Below, piece after piece: positions 23,672 to 36,722 of a stretch of DNA of 64,000 nucleotides. Location of the stretch: NCBI GenBank assembly GCA_010093745.1, contig MU005969.1, positions 62,001-126,000 on the forward strand, written 5' to 3'. The translations under genes were made by a program, and so were the position numbers. Position 1 is the first letter of the stretch; the number at the start of each line of letters is the position of its first letter. The notes under the pieces were generated by a model, which worked only from the letters and a program-made list of their open reading frames with translations, searched no databases and had not been told where the DNA came from. The stretch comes from Piedraia hortae CBS 480.64 (taxonomy: Eukaryota).

Positions 23672-24612
23672 TTCGATAATCGCACTGGCAGTCACTCCGC
23701 TTCGTTGGACGCAAGTTAGATGTGGACCGGGCCGACCCCAGTTGTGGGGCAAGCCCCTACATTCATTCTAGAAGAATCTTGTAGATTCCTACCGAGAAAA
23801 GCCACCCTTCACGTAGAAGATCAGTAGTCTGGGCGTTTGGGTTGACAATCGTTGAATCGAGGAAAGTCGCTGCCATGACCGCCAATTATGTAGTCATCTG
23901 ATTCAAGGAAGGTGTGTTAAGATAGCGTAGCCTCGCCCACATGCACCCGAGGGGAGATAGATGACAATGTCCCGTATCACTGTCTCTGATAATTATATAC
24001 TCGGGTCTTGCCATGGTTGGTTGAGGCTCGTTGTTTCCAGCGATGAATGCACGTGTCTGACGCAGAGCGAGGGTTGGAGCCAATAAAAGAATTGTAGCTC
24101 ATGTTGCGTGACGGAGGAATCAGCCCTGTTAGCAGTGCGTTTAACGGTCCAATCGGACGGCTTTGTGATTGACTGCAACCGTTTGACCGCGGCTGAAGGG
24201 CGCAAAATCAGCAGTGGCAGAAGCAAAAGAAAACTATTTAGCGACAAAGCATGATTTACAGGACTTTTACTCGTGAGCAGATGAATTTGGCGCCATTGGC
24301 GTTCCCAACCGGCGAGTGACTTGGCAAAATTTCTTCCCGACACGCACACACCAACACAACAACACCCCCCCAGATTGCCAGTCGCGCACAACCGCTCGTT
24401 TAACTCATAATTCACGTGGTCGCATGGTGGACTCTCACATCAACCGACGTAAAATCTTTTCCTGACAGAAGGGCGATTTGCAAATGGGTTGAAATAGACA
24501 CCCGTCTGACAGGCACCGTGGCGACTCTTGGAGACAGATTCAGAGGCCCGCAACGCGTCAAAATAGCACGCAACAAAACCTACAGAGGACAATAAATACA
24601 CGGATAGACATA

Positions 24613-26619
24613 ATGTCGTACAGCGCTCAGCACAAGAGCGAGCGGCGATATGCAGCCGACCACGACCTGGATGACCATCGCAACCAGCCCGAGAGTCTGC
24701 CACTGCCCGCGGAGGGCCAAGGCCAACGGCGCGGGACATTGGCTAGTCTCGCTAGCAACGAGCGGCCTCGGCTTTACTCGCTAGAGCCGCCGCGGGAGGT
24801 GCACGGGTCAATTGCGCAGGAACTGGAGAGCGCCATCGTGGATGACGGCAAGAGTGCGTGCAGCGGAAGATCGTCGCGGCGGTCGCCAACGTCGCGGCGG
24901 GCCACGGATGATGCCCCAGTTGCCATGCGTCGCGAGTCGTCGCCGATTGTCGCCCGACGCGGCACCTTTCGCCGTCAAGCACAGGCTCGCAACAACGAAA
25001 GCTACCAGAATTCGCGCCCGTCGTCGAGGAACAGCGGTTCGACCACGCCCAACTCAGTCGCCGCATTCGCGCCTCCCCTCAGCCGGCCGCGCGCAGATAC
25101 CATAGAGAGCCGCGCAGTGGCCTCGGCCTCAAACGTCAGCCTGAACCACACACTGTCTAACGGAGGGCGTTTCTCACGCCGGCGCATGACGGCCGAGTCA
25201 TCGGCGCATGGAGGCCGCACAGACTCGACCTCGGTGCGCAGTTCTGTCGAGGAAGACGTGTGCTTCCCGCCCGAGGGCCCTACGAGTACCTATACCATTG
25301 ACTTTGATGATCTGGAGGAGTTTGTGGCCGAGAGTCACTCCAAGACTCCCGTCGCTCACCCTTTTGCTCCCCGCTTCACGCAGCACAACGAGGGACACTA
25401 TGCCAACCATGATAATGAGCCTCAACGCTCCTCTGCCGACCAACTGTACCGCGACTCGTCCGAGTCCAAGGCAGAGCTGGATGCGGAGAAATGCGAAAAC
25501 AAGGTAGCCAACGGCACACCCAACCCCACCGACCCCATCCCGCTCAACCGCCTCCCCAGCTACACCGACCGCCAGAATCGCTTCACCTTCTTCTCCTCGG
25601 AGATTGAAGAAACGATCCACTCTCCGGAACTCGGTGGTCTGCTCCTACCCGGTGAGCGCTTCCGCGATCTCTTCGAACTCGGTCCCGAGGGCGGTGTCTG
25701 GTGGCTCGACATGCTGAACCCGAGCGAGGAAGAAATCTTCGCCATCTGCGGCGCCTTCCGCGTCCATCCACTCACGCGCGAGGACATCACCACACAAGAA
25801 ACCCGCGAAAAAATCGAAATGTTCAAAAGCTACTATTTCCTCTGTTTCCAATCCTTCAACGCCCTCGACAGCAACAGCGAAGACTACCTCGAGCCCATAA
25901 ACGTCTACGCCGTTGTCTTCCGCGAGGGTCTCTTGACATTTACATTCTGCCAGACAGCCCACGCCGCAAACGTGCGTAAACGTATCGGTAGACTGAGGGA
26001 CTACATCAACATTTCCGCAGACTGGATCTGTTACGCTCTAATCGACACAATCGTCGACTCCTTCGCTCCCGTGCTGCGCGACGTGGAGAAGGAAACAGAT
26101 ACCATTGAAGACAACGTCTTCACCTTCCGCACCGAAGACGGGCCCGCAATCCTCCATCAAATCAACGATTGTCGCAAGAGGGTCGTTAGTTTGATCAGAT
26201 TGCTGGGTGGGAAGGCGGATGTGATTAAAAGCTTCGCGAAGAAGTGCAATGAGGCCCACGAAGCCGCGCCAAGGGATGTAGATTTGTACCTCTCGGACGT
26301 GCAGGATCATATCGTCACCATGACTTCGAATCTGGGACATTTTGAGACGATCCTCGCGAGGTGTCATCAGAATCATCTGAGTCAGAGTACGATGCTGAGG
26401 ACGGAACAGGGTATGCAGCAGAATGCGCTGCTTAGTCGTCTGACGGTTTTCGCGACGGTTATGGTGCCTATGAATCTCATCGCGGGTATGTTTGGGATGA
26501 ATGTCAATGTTCCCGGTAAGGATGCGGATGGGTATGGATGGTTCTTCGGAATCCTGGGGACGATGTGTACTATTGCCATCGTTTGCGTGGCGTTGGCCAA
26601 GAAACTTCAGTACGTATGA
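24613..26619 (+). CDS. ALR1: CorA-family Mg2+ transporter (Alr1-type)
   Basis: EEDVCFP, RFTFFSSE.EETIH, WWLD, VHPLTREDI, DWICYALID, GMFGMNV (GMN signature) and two C-terminal TM helices. Confidence 0.88.
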   Translation: MSYSAQHKSERRYAADHDLDDHRNQPESLPLPAEGQGQRRGTLASLASNERPRLYSLEPPREVHGSIAQELESAIVDDGKSACSGRSSRRSPTSRRATDDAPVAMRRESSPIVARRGTFRRQAQARNNESYQNSRPSSRNSGSTTPNSVAAFAPPLSRPRADTIESRAVASASNVSLNHTLSNGGRFSRRRMTAESSAHGGRTDSTSVRSSVEEDVCFPPEGPTSTYTIDFDDLEEFVAESHSKTPVAHPFAPRFTQHNEGHYANHDNEPQRSSADQLYRDSSESKAELDAEKCENKVANGTPNPTDPIPLNRLPSYTDRQNRFTFFSSEIEETIHSPELGGLLLPGERFRDLFELGPEGGVWWLDMLNPSEEEIFAICGAFRVHPLTREDITTQETREKIEMFKSYYFLCFQSFNALDSNSEDYLEPINVYAVVFREGLLTFTFCQTAHAANVRKRIGRLRDYINISADWICYALIDTIVDSFAPVLRDVEKETDTIEDNVFTFRTEDGPAILHQINDCRKRVVSLIRLLGGKADVIKSFAKKCNEAHEAAPRDVDLYLSDVQDHIVTMTSNLGHFETILARCHQNHLSQSTMLRTEQGMQQNALLSRLTVFATVMVPMNLIAGMFGMNVNVPGKDADGYGWFFGILGTMCTIAIVCVALAKKLQYV

Positions 26620-26728
26620 ATATGTGGAAGAAGTGTCTCGAATGTGGACGGTGCATTTTCAAAAGCAGACTGTGTACAATTCTCGCATGTTCATATGTAC
26701 ACTGTGCTGCGGTCACACTGCCATCGCT

Positions 26729-27850
26729 CTACTGCGGATTCTTGACAAACTCGACTCCTTTTGTGATGTTACCCTTGAGTCCCTCGTAACATTTGGACAG
26801 CAATTTCTTTTCGTACTCGTTCGCGTTCTTGACGACATTGATGGCCTTCTGGGCCCCGTCCTTGCCAAGTTCGACGGGTACGGAGAAAAACTCACACCCC
26901 GTCTCCTTTGCGATTTCCTCGCCTCCATTGACGCCCGGGAGGTAGACAAAAGTGGGCTCAATGACGCCGCTCTCACCTTTGGCGGCTTGCATCACGCGCT
27001 GCGCAAAACGGAAGCCTGCGTACGCCATAGAAAGCGTGGCGGATCCAGCACCATCCTTTGCCTTGACTACCTCGTCACCTCCGAATTGCACGCGGTTCGT
27101 GAGCGCATCGAGCTTATCAGCAGGGATTTTTACAGACGGCTTGGCCTGAGAGAACAACGGAACAATCGTCTCTCCCGAGTGCCCGCCAATAACCGGAATG
27201 ACAGTCTTCGTCGGATCACGCTCTCCGGTAATGGACTGCACAAAAGTCTCTGCGCGGACGACGTCGAGAGTGGTCACACCAAAGAGTTTCTTCGGGTTGA
27301 ATTTACCGGCCTTCTTCAAAACTTCTGCGGCGATCGGTACTGTCGAGTTGACGGGATTGGAGATGATCAGGATGAAAGCATCAGGGCAGTTCTCGGCGAT
27401 ACCCTCAATCAATCCTTTAACAATTCCGGCGTTGATCTTGAAGAGGTCATCACGGGTCATGCCTGGCTTGCCTAGAATAGTCAGTTTGAACGGCTCATTT
27501 CATGATGAACCTACGGGGAATGCCAGCGGGAATGACCACAATATCGGCACCGCTCAATGCCTTCTTGAGGCCCTCTCCGTTCTCGGGAAGATAACCCTCA
27601 ATCGTGGCAGTCGACGAGATGTGGGATAGATCCGTCGACACTCCGGGAGTGTTCACCACATCGTACAACGCCAGCTTGTCCACAAGGGGACAGGTCTTGA
27701 GCAGCAACGAGAGGGGCTGTTTGGTTAGTATAGCTGGATAAGGACTTGATAGTGCTCTTACCTGGCCAATGCCGCCGGAAGCGCCTGCCACAACTGCTTC
27801 CGTCAGCACAAGGCTTCTCCACGCAGGCCTTGCAACGCACCAGCCTTCAT
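26729..27850 (-). CDS. MDH: NAD-dependent malate dehydrogenase (no mitochondrial presequence)
   Basis: [21 protein letters not shown]...[54 protein letters not shown]. Introns 27794-27840, 27717-27761 and 27472-27514. Confidence 0.96.
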
Positions 27851-28039
27851 TGTGTATGTAGCGTAGATTGGATTACAGGGAACGTGGTCCTGGGGGTGGT
27901 GTGAGGTGGGAGAAAAGAATAAGAAAGCGAACAGAGGGGTCCAGGCGGGGCATGGAAGCACGTGCAACTCTTGTCCATTGAATACGCTATCATACCCCAC
28001 CGAGACTTGGACCACGGTGAATTGTACACGCTCTGAGAC

Positions 28040-29566
28040 TCAATCGCTTTCTTCGGCTGCCCTTGATGCCCGCTTCTCCTTCTTCTTCCGTTTCCGCTCA
28101 GCCTTCTCCTCTGCTGTCTCGCCTTCGTGCTTGCGCTTCTTCTTCTTGGGCTTCTCGCTGCTGGCATTGACGTCGGCGGCGGCGGCGTCAGCCATTTCAA
28201 TGTCTTCGCTGGTGGCCCGCTCTTTGCCCTTTCCGGGTATGCCTTCCTTGACTGCCGCACCCTCGGCTGATTGCTTCTCGTTCCCGCTCGGGTCTAGCAC
28301 CGTCTGTTCGTGCGTAGTGTTCTGTTCGGCGTAGTCTTTGTAATCTTTCTTCCATTGTGCCGGCGTCTCTTCATTCGGCCGTCCGTACTTGTCGAGTTTT
28401 CCTATCTCCTTCATCTTCTTCTTCTCTACGGCAACCGGTCCCATGCCCCATCGTCTAGGGTAGAGATCCCGTTCCATTATGCATCGTTTTACCTTTGCTA
28501 CAACGCCATGGTCACATGAGCTGAGCTCGACCGTCGACATTTGGGCTATGGCGAGGGCAATGGCTTCGCCCTTGGTAGTGATAAGAACCACTTCCTCGTG
28601 CACATCAATACCCTCTTCATAGCGCAAAAGGCCGGGGATCATCAGCTTCGCACCGTAGCAGACGGCATTCACGGCGCTGTCTTTAACAACAATTCGCTTG
28701 TACATAGTAAGCAGGCTCTCCAGAGGCTGGACCATAGCGCGAAGATAGGATTCGTCTCGCTGGTTGTCATATAGCCACTGCGCGTCAAGAACATCATGCA
28801 GGGTAACCATGCCATGTTTTTCGTCCATTGCGCCGGAACGCACACGACGCAGCTCCTGCATGTGGCCACCTACGCCCAGCAATAGGCCTAGATGGACACA
28901 GAGCGTTCGAATATAGGTACCGGCCTCGCACGAAACCCAGAAGACGGCCAGCTGTCGATCATTGTCAAATTCCAGCAGCTTGCTTTCATGGATTGTTCGA
29001 ATGCGAAGCTGCCGCTTGACCGCCGAGATGAGCGGAGGGCGCTGGAAAAGAGCACCGGTGAGGGTTTCCAGGGCACGCGCAAGTTGCGCTTCACCGCCAG
29101 GCAGCTTCCCGTGGAGCCTCAATACGCACACGTACTCTTTTCCAGCTCCTTGCTGGCTCTTGACCAGACGTGTGGCGCGGTCGATGCAAACAATGAGACA
29201 ACCTGTAACCTTGGGATCAAGTGTACCCGAATGGCCTGTCCTGTCAACACGCAGGATGCGCTTTGTCCATGCTACAACTTCATGAGATGAGGGGTTTGAC
29301 GGCTTGTCTAGATTGATCACGCCCGAGGCGAGGTAGGACCGGAGATCACGGCGGAACGGAGTGCAGCCCGCCGGAATGGGAGTGAAATGACTTGTACGGA
29401 CCAGCACTATCTTCATTAGCGCATGTTCTGATCACGTTGGTGCAAACGTACACTTGCTCCAGTCCTTGAGCAACAACGGCCAGCCACTCGTGTCTATCTT
29501 GGGCGCGATGGCCTCTGGCTTGATCACCAGATCATCGTCGCCGTTCTGCTGCTGTACCAGCGCCAT
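28040..29566 (-). CDS. CBF5: H/ACA snoRNP pseudouridine synthase (dyskerin)
   Basis: [59 protein letters not shown] domain, Lys-rich tail; intron 29407-29451. Confidence 0.97.
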
Positions 29567-30406
29567 TGTAAAATTGTGGAAGACACGGCGCACTACTGGT
29601 GTGCGCTGTGCAGTTGTGCTATGTTAATTGCGACTCTGAACAAAATTCTGCGACTTGGTGGCCGCTTGGCTGTTTTTTTCCAGCAACTTGTTCGGAAAGT
29701 TCCGTAGTCCGGCGCTAAGCTGTTTGTGTGGGGCACATACTCAGGCACCACACGCCACACGATGCAGGAGCTGCGTCGTCGGGCTTTGGAATGTGCATTT
29801 GATTTATCTGTTCGTATCTGTGAATGCATTCAAGGGATCTGAAGAACTTGCCATTGGAAACCAGCTTCAGTGACCTGATATACTCCCCCAAAGTCATTCC
29901 AAAAAGCTCATGGAGATCGTAGGGTACAGCAGGATGGTTTTGTCGCGGTATTTAAGGGTATGCTGGTGAGTTGTCTTCTCGGCTCCAGGGTTCTGAAAAT
30001 ACTCGGTCCGTTGTCAGACCGTCGGACATAGAGTCGCTGTCAGCCTTGTCCATTTTTACAAGTCCTGTACGAGTCATTCGCAAGACATTTTGCCTTCTCG
30101 ACGTCAGTCAAGACGTCAGACACAAAGTAAGTTCGGCGGAGACTTTCAACATCTTGTATGGCTTAGGAACGATTCTTCTACGAGACCATTCGAGGCCAAG
30201 AAACATTCCTAGCGTAAAGCACATTTGCAGTCGTTTCGGCCGATGTTGAGTACTGTCAATGCAATGAAACCTACATGACAGAGACACAAACACTATCCCC
30301 ATCCCGACGCCGTACTACCGACCCAGCACGCCATGCAACCCCCATGGTATCAGGTTTCTCCTTCATGTGGCAGAGATAGAACACGTGGACCAAATCACAC
30401 GGCAGC

Positions 30407-30820
30407 TCATTTACTGGCCGATGTCTTGCTGCCGAATTTGGGGTCCTCGGAAGCAGTGGTCCCGGTACTTGGGTTTCGGGTGAAGAGTTGACGGGAAATG
30501 GAGCTTTTACTATTGTTGCTGGTTTCTGTGAGTTTGATGCCAGTAGTCATGTGATTACAATGAACATACAGTTGCTTGCTGATTTGCTTCTGCTTGAAGC
30601 CAGCTAGCTTCTCACTGGCGGGGCTCATGATGGAATCTGAAGGGCTGACATAGGTCCCATTATATTTACTAGCGAAGCGAGATCGGTCAGCGAAGGGAAT
30701 GCTTGCATCCCACTCCGCCACATACACACTGTCCATGGCGTTTTTCATGGTCTGTCGGGCTTCATCTGAACCCTTCGCAGCGCGCGAGTTCTTGTCAATG
30801 GGTTGGTCTGAGTCGGACAT
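30407..30820 (-). CDS. Spo12-family small protein
   Basis: YVSPSDSIMSPASEKLAGFKQK matches the Spo12 motif (SPSD.IMSP.S.KL). Probable introns 30669-30725 and 30519-30569. Confidence 0.75.
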   Translation of the reverse strand: MSDSDQPIDKNSRAAKGSDEARQTMKNAMDSVYVAEWDASIPFADRSRFASKYNGTYVSPSDSIMSPASEKLAGFKQKQISKQLYVHCNHMTTGIKLTETSNNSKSSISRQLFTRNPSTGTTASEDPKFGSKTSASK

Positions 30821-31933
30821 TGTGCAAGTGATTTGGAATTTGGCAAAAGTTGGAATGCCAAAACTTTTATTCCACAAACATCGTTGTTGCCGCCGGCCAC
30901 AATTGCGGGGTCTGACACTCACGTGGACTTCGTTCCTTCCCCCCCAGGCGCAAAATGCCTGTGACCCGTTGGTATCGTCATGACGCATGCTCGGCTTAGT
31001 CAAGGCAGGGCAATCATTGATAGGCTTTCACCGTCTGTTCTCCGTGTATCATAGCAGGAGGAGGGGCCCCGTTTCTTTTCTCTTTAGCACCCTAACCTGT
31101 TCCTTTCCCCTCCACGGCCTTTGTGTGAACGGTTCCTTCATTCGACAGGATTTTCCATGCGCAACAGAGATTTATTTGTGACTGGACTATCTTTGGTACA
31201 AACTGAGCCGTTTCTTTGGCTCCGCTGGCCTATGATGACGATTTCAGTTGTCAGACGGGAAGCCCAACCTTGGAGGTGAAAGACTAGACTTATAAACGCA
31301 CTTTCTCGCATAGGAGCGGAGATGAAGTGCTTGCAAGCGTAGGGAACTGACTAAGCAAAGGATTCTACGACAGAATTACAACCCATCCCGCCCGGCATGA
31401 TCTCAGCAACTGAATGAGAAGCTCAAACCCACGGCGCGGCAATCGACATCAGTATTTGCTCGCGTTGTTCTGCATACGCCTCCTGTCTTGGCAGCAAGAG
31501 GTTTGGCGACGACAGAGGGTCGTACCGAAGCGCGAACGGGCCGAAGCGCAGCCGAGCCGCTCCGAACTTCTCACGGGGGCGCCCGGGCGAGGCTCTTGCC
31601 CTATTTTCCCTGCACCCAAGACCCGTCGGCGGCCATCAAACACGTCGCCGGTCACCCCGCCACGGCCATCCCGACTGTTAGCATTCACCCCTCGGCTATC
31701 GCCACCCGAATTAGTCGCGCACTCACGTGTTTTTTTGCACTTGCTTTTGGCCTCACACACTTGTCGCTCGTCACGGGACCGCGAGACGCGGCTTCCACCC
31801 GAGCTTCGCATCTGGACGCGACGCGTTCTCAGTGCGCGCTCAACATAGCTCCACCACTGCGCTGCTAACACGCCACGTCAAACATATTTACTACCCTGTG
31901 ACGACCTTGTGCGATCCTTCTGCCGGAGCCAAG

Positions 31934-34900
31934 ATGGCCGCTGTGCAACCTGCGCAAGTTGGCGCATCGCAAAACAGCTCCAACAATGCTGCAAATCTTG
32001 GCTTGCCGCCGGGCATGACCAGAGAATCTGTCCAGGCTCTTTGGCAAAAGTTTCAATTGATGCGGCGTAATGGGGTGCCGGAATCGGATCCAGAATTGTC
32101 GCAGATCAAGCAGACCCTGACCCATATCCAACAACGTACCGAACTGCTACGAAGACAGCAAGCATGGCGGCAGCAGCAGCAGCAGCAGCAAAAGTCTGCG
32201 GCGCAACAGAATGACGCTACACCACCGGCGCAATCCAATCCGGCTGACGGCGAGAGTCAGGCGACAGGTCAAGCAGCTACGGCCAACGGTGCTATGCATC
32301 ACGCTGCGACGCCTCCGGTACCAATACCACCTAGTTCAGCCCAGAGCACAACGGATGCAGCTGGCGAGACAAGCCTCACCAAGGAGCAGACGGCTATTGT
32401 GCGGGCCCAGCTACATGCATTCAACCTTCTCCAACGCAATATGCCAATACCAGCTCAGGTTCAGGCCACATTGTTTGCATCCCGAGAGAACAAGCCGCCA
32501 ACGCCGGCTGATACAACGGCATTGGCTGGAAAAGTGCTAAACGATTCCGTCAAGGCCATGTCTCGGGACGGAGCATCATCCACTGGTCCTAATATCACGG
32601 CAATCCACCGCTTTGAAACCTTTGTCGACCCACACTCTCTATATGCCCGAACCATAGCCTTTGCCGATCACAACCATCGTCCATACCTGCTGAATATCCC
32701 CAGCATCATGCCTCTTGGAGTAGACGTAGAGCGAGTGCGTGAGGAGCGGGAGAACGCTGTGTATAACCGCGTATTGGCCAGGCGCAACGAACTCGCAGCC
32801 CTCAAGGCGAATATTGGGGGATGGGACAGCAGCAAGTCAAATGAGCCGGATGACAATGCCAACGTTAAGCTAAGGACATTGATAGAGTTCAAGTCGTTGG
32901 GTCTGTTGCAGAAACAGCGTGAGCTTCGGCTCAAGGTTGCCAGGGAAATGGTGCAGGCCGACAGTCTATCCATGACTGCTAATCGCTCTCAATACCGTCG
33001 GGTGAAGCGACAGTCATTGCGTGAAGCACGGATTACTGAGAAGCTCGAGAAGCAACAACGGGACGCTGCCGAATCCAAGGAGAAGAAGAAGCAAAACGAG
33101 CATGTGGCTTCGATTATCCAACATGCCGAAGATATCCGCGGAGCCGCCGTCCAGCGCAAGCAGCGCGGGCAAAAGATCGGTCGCCTTGTGGCATCGGCGC
33201 ATTCTGCAATTGAGAGAGAGGAGCAGAAACGGGTGGAGAGAACGGCGAAGCAGCGTCTACAGGCGCTCAAGGCTAATGACGAAGAGACATATCTCAAGTT
33301 GCTTGGCCAGGCCAAAGACAGCCGTATTTCTCACCTGCTTAAGCAAACAGATGGCTTCTTGCAGCAGCTGTCGTCGTCGGTCAAGGCGCAGCAGCGCAAT
33401 ATGAAGCAGCGCTATGGCGGCGCGGACAATGCTGAATCAGACGCGGACGAACGGGACAGTGATGACGAGAGCAGGCCCAAGGTGGACTACTACGAAGTTG
33501 CGCATCGTATCAAGGAAGAGGTGCACGAGCAATCGTCGAACCTCGTCGGCGGCGTGCTCAAAGAGTACCAGCTCAAGGGTCTCCAGTGGATGCTGTCTCT
33601 GTACAACAACAACCTCAACGGTATTCTGGCCGACGAGATGGGGCTCGGCAAGACCATCCAGACCATTTCCCTAATTACATATCTCATCGAGAAGAAGCGG
33701 CAGAATGGGCCGTTTCTCGTGATTGTGCCTCTTAGTACGCTTACCAATTGGAATAATGAATTCGAGAAGTGGGCTCCAACGGTGCAGCGAATGGTCTACA
33801 AGGGCCCGCCTAACCAGCGAAAGGCCCAGGCCCAGCAGATTCGCTACAATGGGCCGCCAATGGTGCTGCTCACCACGTATGAATTTATCATCAAAGATCG
33901 GCCAGTTCTCAGCAAAATCAAATGGGTGTATATGATTGTTGACGAGGGTCACCGTATGAAGAACGCCGGATCCAAGCTGTCAAGCACAATCACCCAGTAT
34001 TACCACACTCGATACCGTCTCATCTTGACGGGCACGCCGCTGCAAAATAATCTGCCCGAGCTGTGGGCGTTGCTGAACTTTGTGCTGCCCAACATCTTCA
34101 AGTCGGTCAAGTCATTTGACGAATGGTTCAACACGCCCTTTGCAAACACGGGCACGCAGGACACCATGTCGCTCAGCGAAGAAGAGCAGCTGCTCGTCAT
34201 TCGACGGTTGCACAAGGTCCTTCGTCCTTTCTTGCTGCGTCGTCTAAAGAAGGACGTGGAAAAGGATCTGCCTGACAAGCAAGAACGCGTGGTCAAGTGC
34301 AACTTTTCGGCCCTCCAAGCCAAACTGTACAAGCAACTCGTGACCCACAACCGCATTATGGTCAATGACGGCACGGGCAAGAAGACGGGCATGCGAGGCC
34401 TGTCGAACATGCTGATGCAGTTGCGTAAGCTGTGCAATCATCCGTTTGTGTTTGAGGAGGTGGAAGACCAGATGAACCCAACTCATGTAACAAATGACTT
34501 GATTTGGCGGACGGCCGGCAAGTTTGAGTTGTTGGATCGGATCCTCCCGAAGCTGCGGGCGACGGGTCATCGTGTGCTCATGTTCTTTCAGATGACGCAG
34601 ATTATGAACATCATGGAGGATTTTCTCCGACTGCGCGAAATCAGTTATCTGCGATTGGATGGAGCAACGAAAGCTGATGATCGATCGGAACTTCTTAAGC
34701 AGTTTAACGCACCAGACTCGCCTCACTTTTGCTTCTTGCTGTCCACTCGTGCCGGAGGTCTGGGGCTGAACCTGCAGACGGCGGACACTGTCATCATCTA
34801 CGATTCTGATTGGAATCCCCACCAGGATCTGCAGGCTCAAGACCGCGCACATCGTATCGGGCAGAAGAACGAGGTGCGCATCCTGCGTCTGATCAGCTCG

Positions 34901-36111
34901 AATTCGGTCGAGGAAAAGATCCTGGAGCGGGCACAGTTCAAGCTGGACATGGACGGCAAGGTCATCCAGGCCGGGAAGTTTGACAACAAGTCTACAAACG
35001 AGGAGCGTGATGAGATGTTGCGTGTCATGTTGGAGTCGGCTGAGGCCGCAGACTCGTTGGATCAGGACGAAATGGATGATGACGACCTCAACCTCATCAT
35101 GATGCGTAACGACGAAGAGTTGGAAATCTTTCAGCGGCTAGACCGTGAGCGAGCGGAAACCCAGCCTTATGGCCCAGACAAGAAACTCCCGCGACTACTG
35201 GGCGAGAGCGAGCTTCCTGACATCTATCTCCATGAGGATAATCCCGTTGTGGAGGAGATTGAGTACAACTACGGTCGTGGAGCTCGGGAAAGGGCCAAGG
35301 TAAAGTACGACGACGGCCTCACGGAGGAGCAATGGTTGGATGCCGTCGATGCAGACGACGATACAGTAGAGGACGCGATGAAGCGGAAGCAAGATCGTGT
35401 TGCCAGGCGAGCTGCGAGGAAGGACGCGCGCCTCAGGGGAGAATTCTCACTAGGCGAGTCTCCGCCAGGATCTCGTGTCAGTTCAGAGTCGCCAGCGCCA
35501 AGAAAACGTGGTCGCAAGCCTGGTCGACAGGCAGACAAACGCAAGGCGGATGACGTCCTCGAGGCAGAACCGCCAAAGAAGCGTGGTCGACAAGTCAAGG
35601 TGACGGAGACGTTGTCCAAGGAAGAGCGCGATCGACTCCAACGCATCCTCGACACAGTGCACGATTGGCTACAAGACCTAGAAGAGCAATCAATGGATCC
35701 AGCCGTGCCAAACCGCGGCATCATCGATCCCTTTTTGGAACTGCCCCCCAAATCACAATATCCCGACTACTACCAGCTAATCAAAACTCCCATTGCGATG
35801 AAGCAGATTGAGAACAAGATCAACCGGAAACAGTATCAAAGTCTGCGGCAATTCCGGCAGGATATTGCATTACTCTGTAACAATTGTCGTCAGTACAACG
35901 AAGACGGCAGCATTCTGTACCAGGATGCAAACCTCATAGAGGTGAGTTAATTCATCCATGTACATGAACCTGACTGATTTTTCCCCAGAGCGAATGCGTC
36001 AAGAAACTGCGAGAGGAAACGCGAGACTATCCAGAATTGCAGGATTTTGACGGCATGGGAAACTTCAAGATAAAATTAAACGGACCAAGGGAGGATGAGA
36101 TGAGCGACTAG
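31934..36111 (+). CDS. SNF21: SWI/SNF-RSC ATPase Snf2/Sth1 (Snf21)
   Basis: QLQ and HSA regions, [64 protein letters not shown], SnAC, C-terminal bromodomain (YPDYYQLIKTPIAM...NCRQYN); intron 35942-35988. Confidence 0.95.
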
Positions 36112-36197
36112 TCAGGTAGTCTTTCTGTGCGATATTTTGAAATTCAATGAGATGTTTTTATCATTGACTGGAGCCATCACTACCTGAATGTTTGTAT

Positions 36198-36722
36198 CTA
36201 CCTTCCACGATTCTTCCCCTTGACAGTCTTGACAGATCCATCATCACAAACAGTCTGAGCCCCATTCACCTTCTCGCCAGCACGAACAATCTGAAGGCCA
36301 GCCCGCTTCCCATCCGCACGAACATCTTTGACAGACCCAGCCCGCTTCCCATCCGCACGAACACCTTTGACAGACCCAGTCCCCTTCCCATCCGCACGAA
36401 CATCTTTGACAGACCCAGTCCCCTTCCCATCGGCATGAGCAGTCTTAACCGACCCAGTAACTTTCTCACCAGCACGAACAGTCTTCCCATCATCAATATC
36501 AAACGTCTCCACCGCGCGCAGCATTTCCATAAAATCCAGCTTGGGAGGGTTATCACCATACTTCTCCTCACAAAGTTCCTCACACATCTCCATGAACGCA
36601 GGTTCTTCATCGGCGAGGTCTTCTGCGTAGTCCTCGAGAGCTGCTTCGATTTCATCCCAGATGGCTTCTTCTTCTTCCTCCAATGACATGAACCGTTTCT
36701 TCGGCTTGGAGGGGGGTCTCAT
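36198..36722 (-). CDS. Orphan 174-aa protein, acidic N-half plus 13-aa tandem repeats
   Basis: ATG-initiated ORF with acidic helical segment, then GSVK[DGT]VRADGK[GR][TA] repeats. No family recognised. Confidence 0.5.
   Translation of the reverse strand: MRPPSKPKKRFMSLEEEEEAIWDEIEAALEDYAEDLADEEPAFMEMCEELCEEKYGDNPPKLDFMEMLRAVETFDIDDGKTVRAGEKVTGSVKTAHADGKGTGSVKDVRADGKGTGSVKGVRADGKRAGSVKDVRADGKRAGLQIVRAGEKVNGAQTVCDDGSVKTVKGKNRGR
36302..36457. repeat. 39-bp minisatellite, ~4 copies with degenerate flanking copies
   Basis: Unit ~CCCGCTTCCCATCCGCACGAACATCTTTGACAGACCCAG. Confidence 0.9.

Noticed and set aside
26501..27475. 324-aa plus-strand ORF
   Set aside because: Antisense shadow of MDH explained by codon bias; no recognisable motifs.
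31230..31352. C/D-box-like pair (ATGATGA...CTGA)
   Set aside because: No terminal stem or recognisable rRNA guide; would need snoscan or Infernal.
31727..31933. Upstream non-ATG extensions in the ORF track (SNF21; also HIS3, CRD1, WOPR, MTO1, transporter)
   Set aside because: The track uses alternative starts; downstream ATGs match the family N-termini better.
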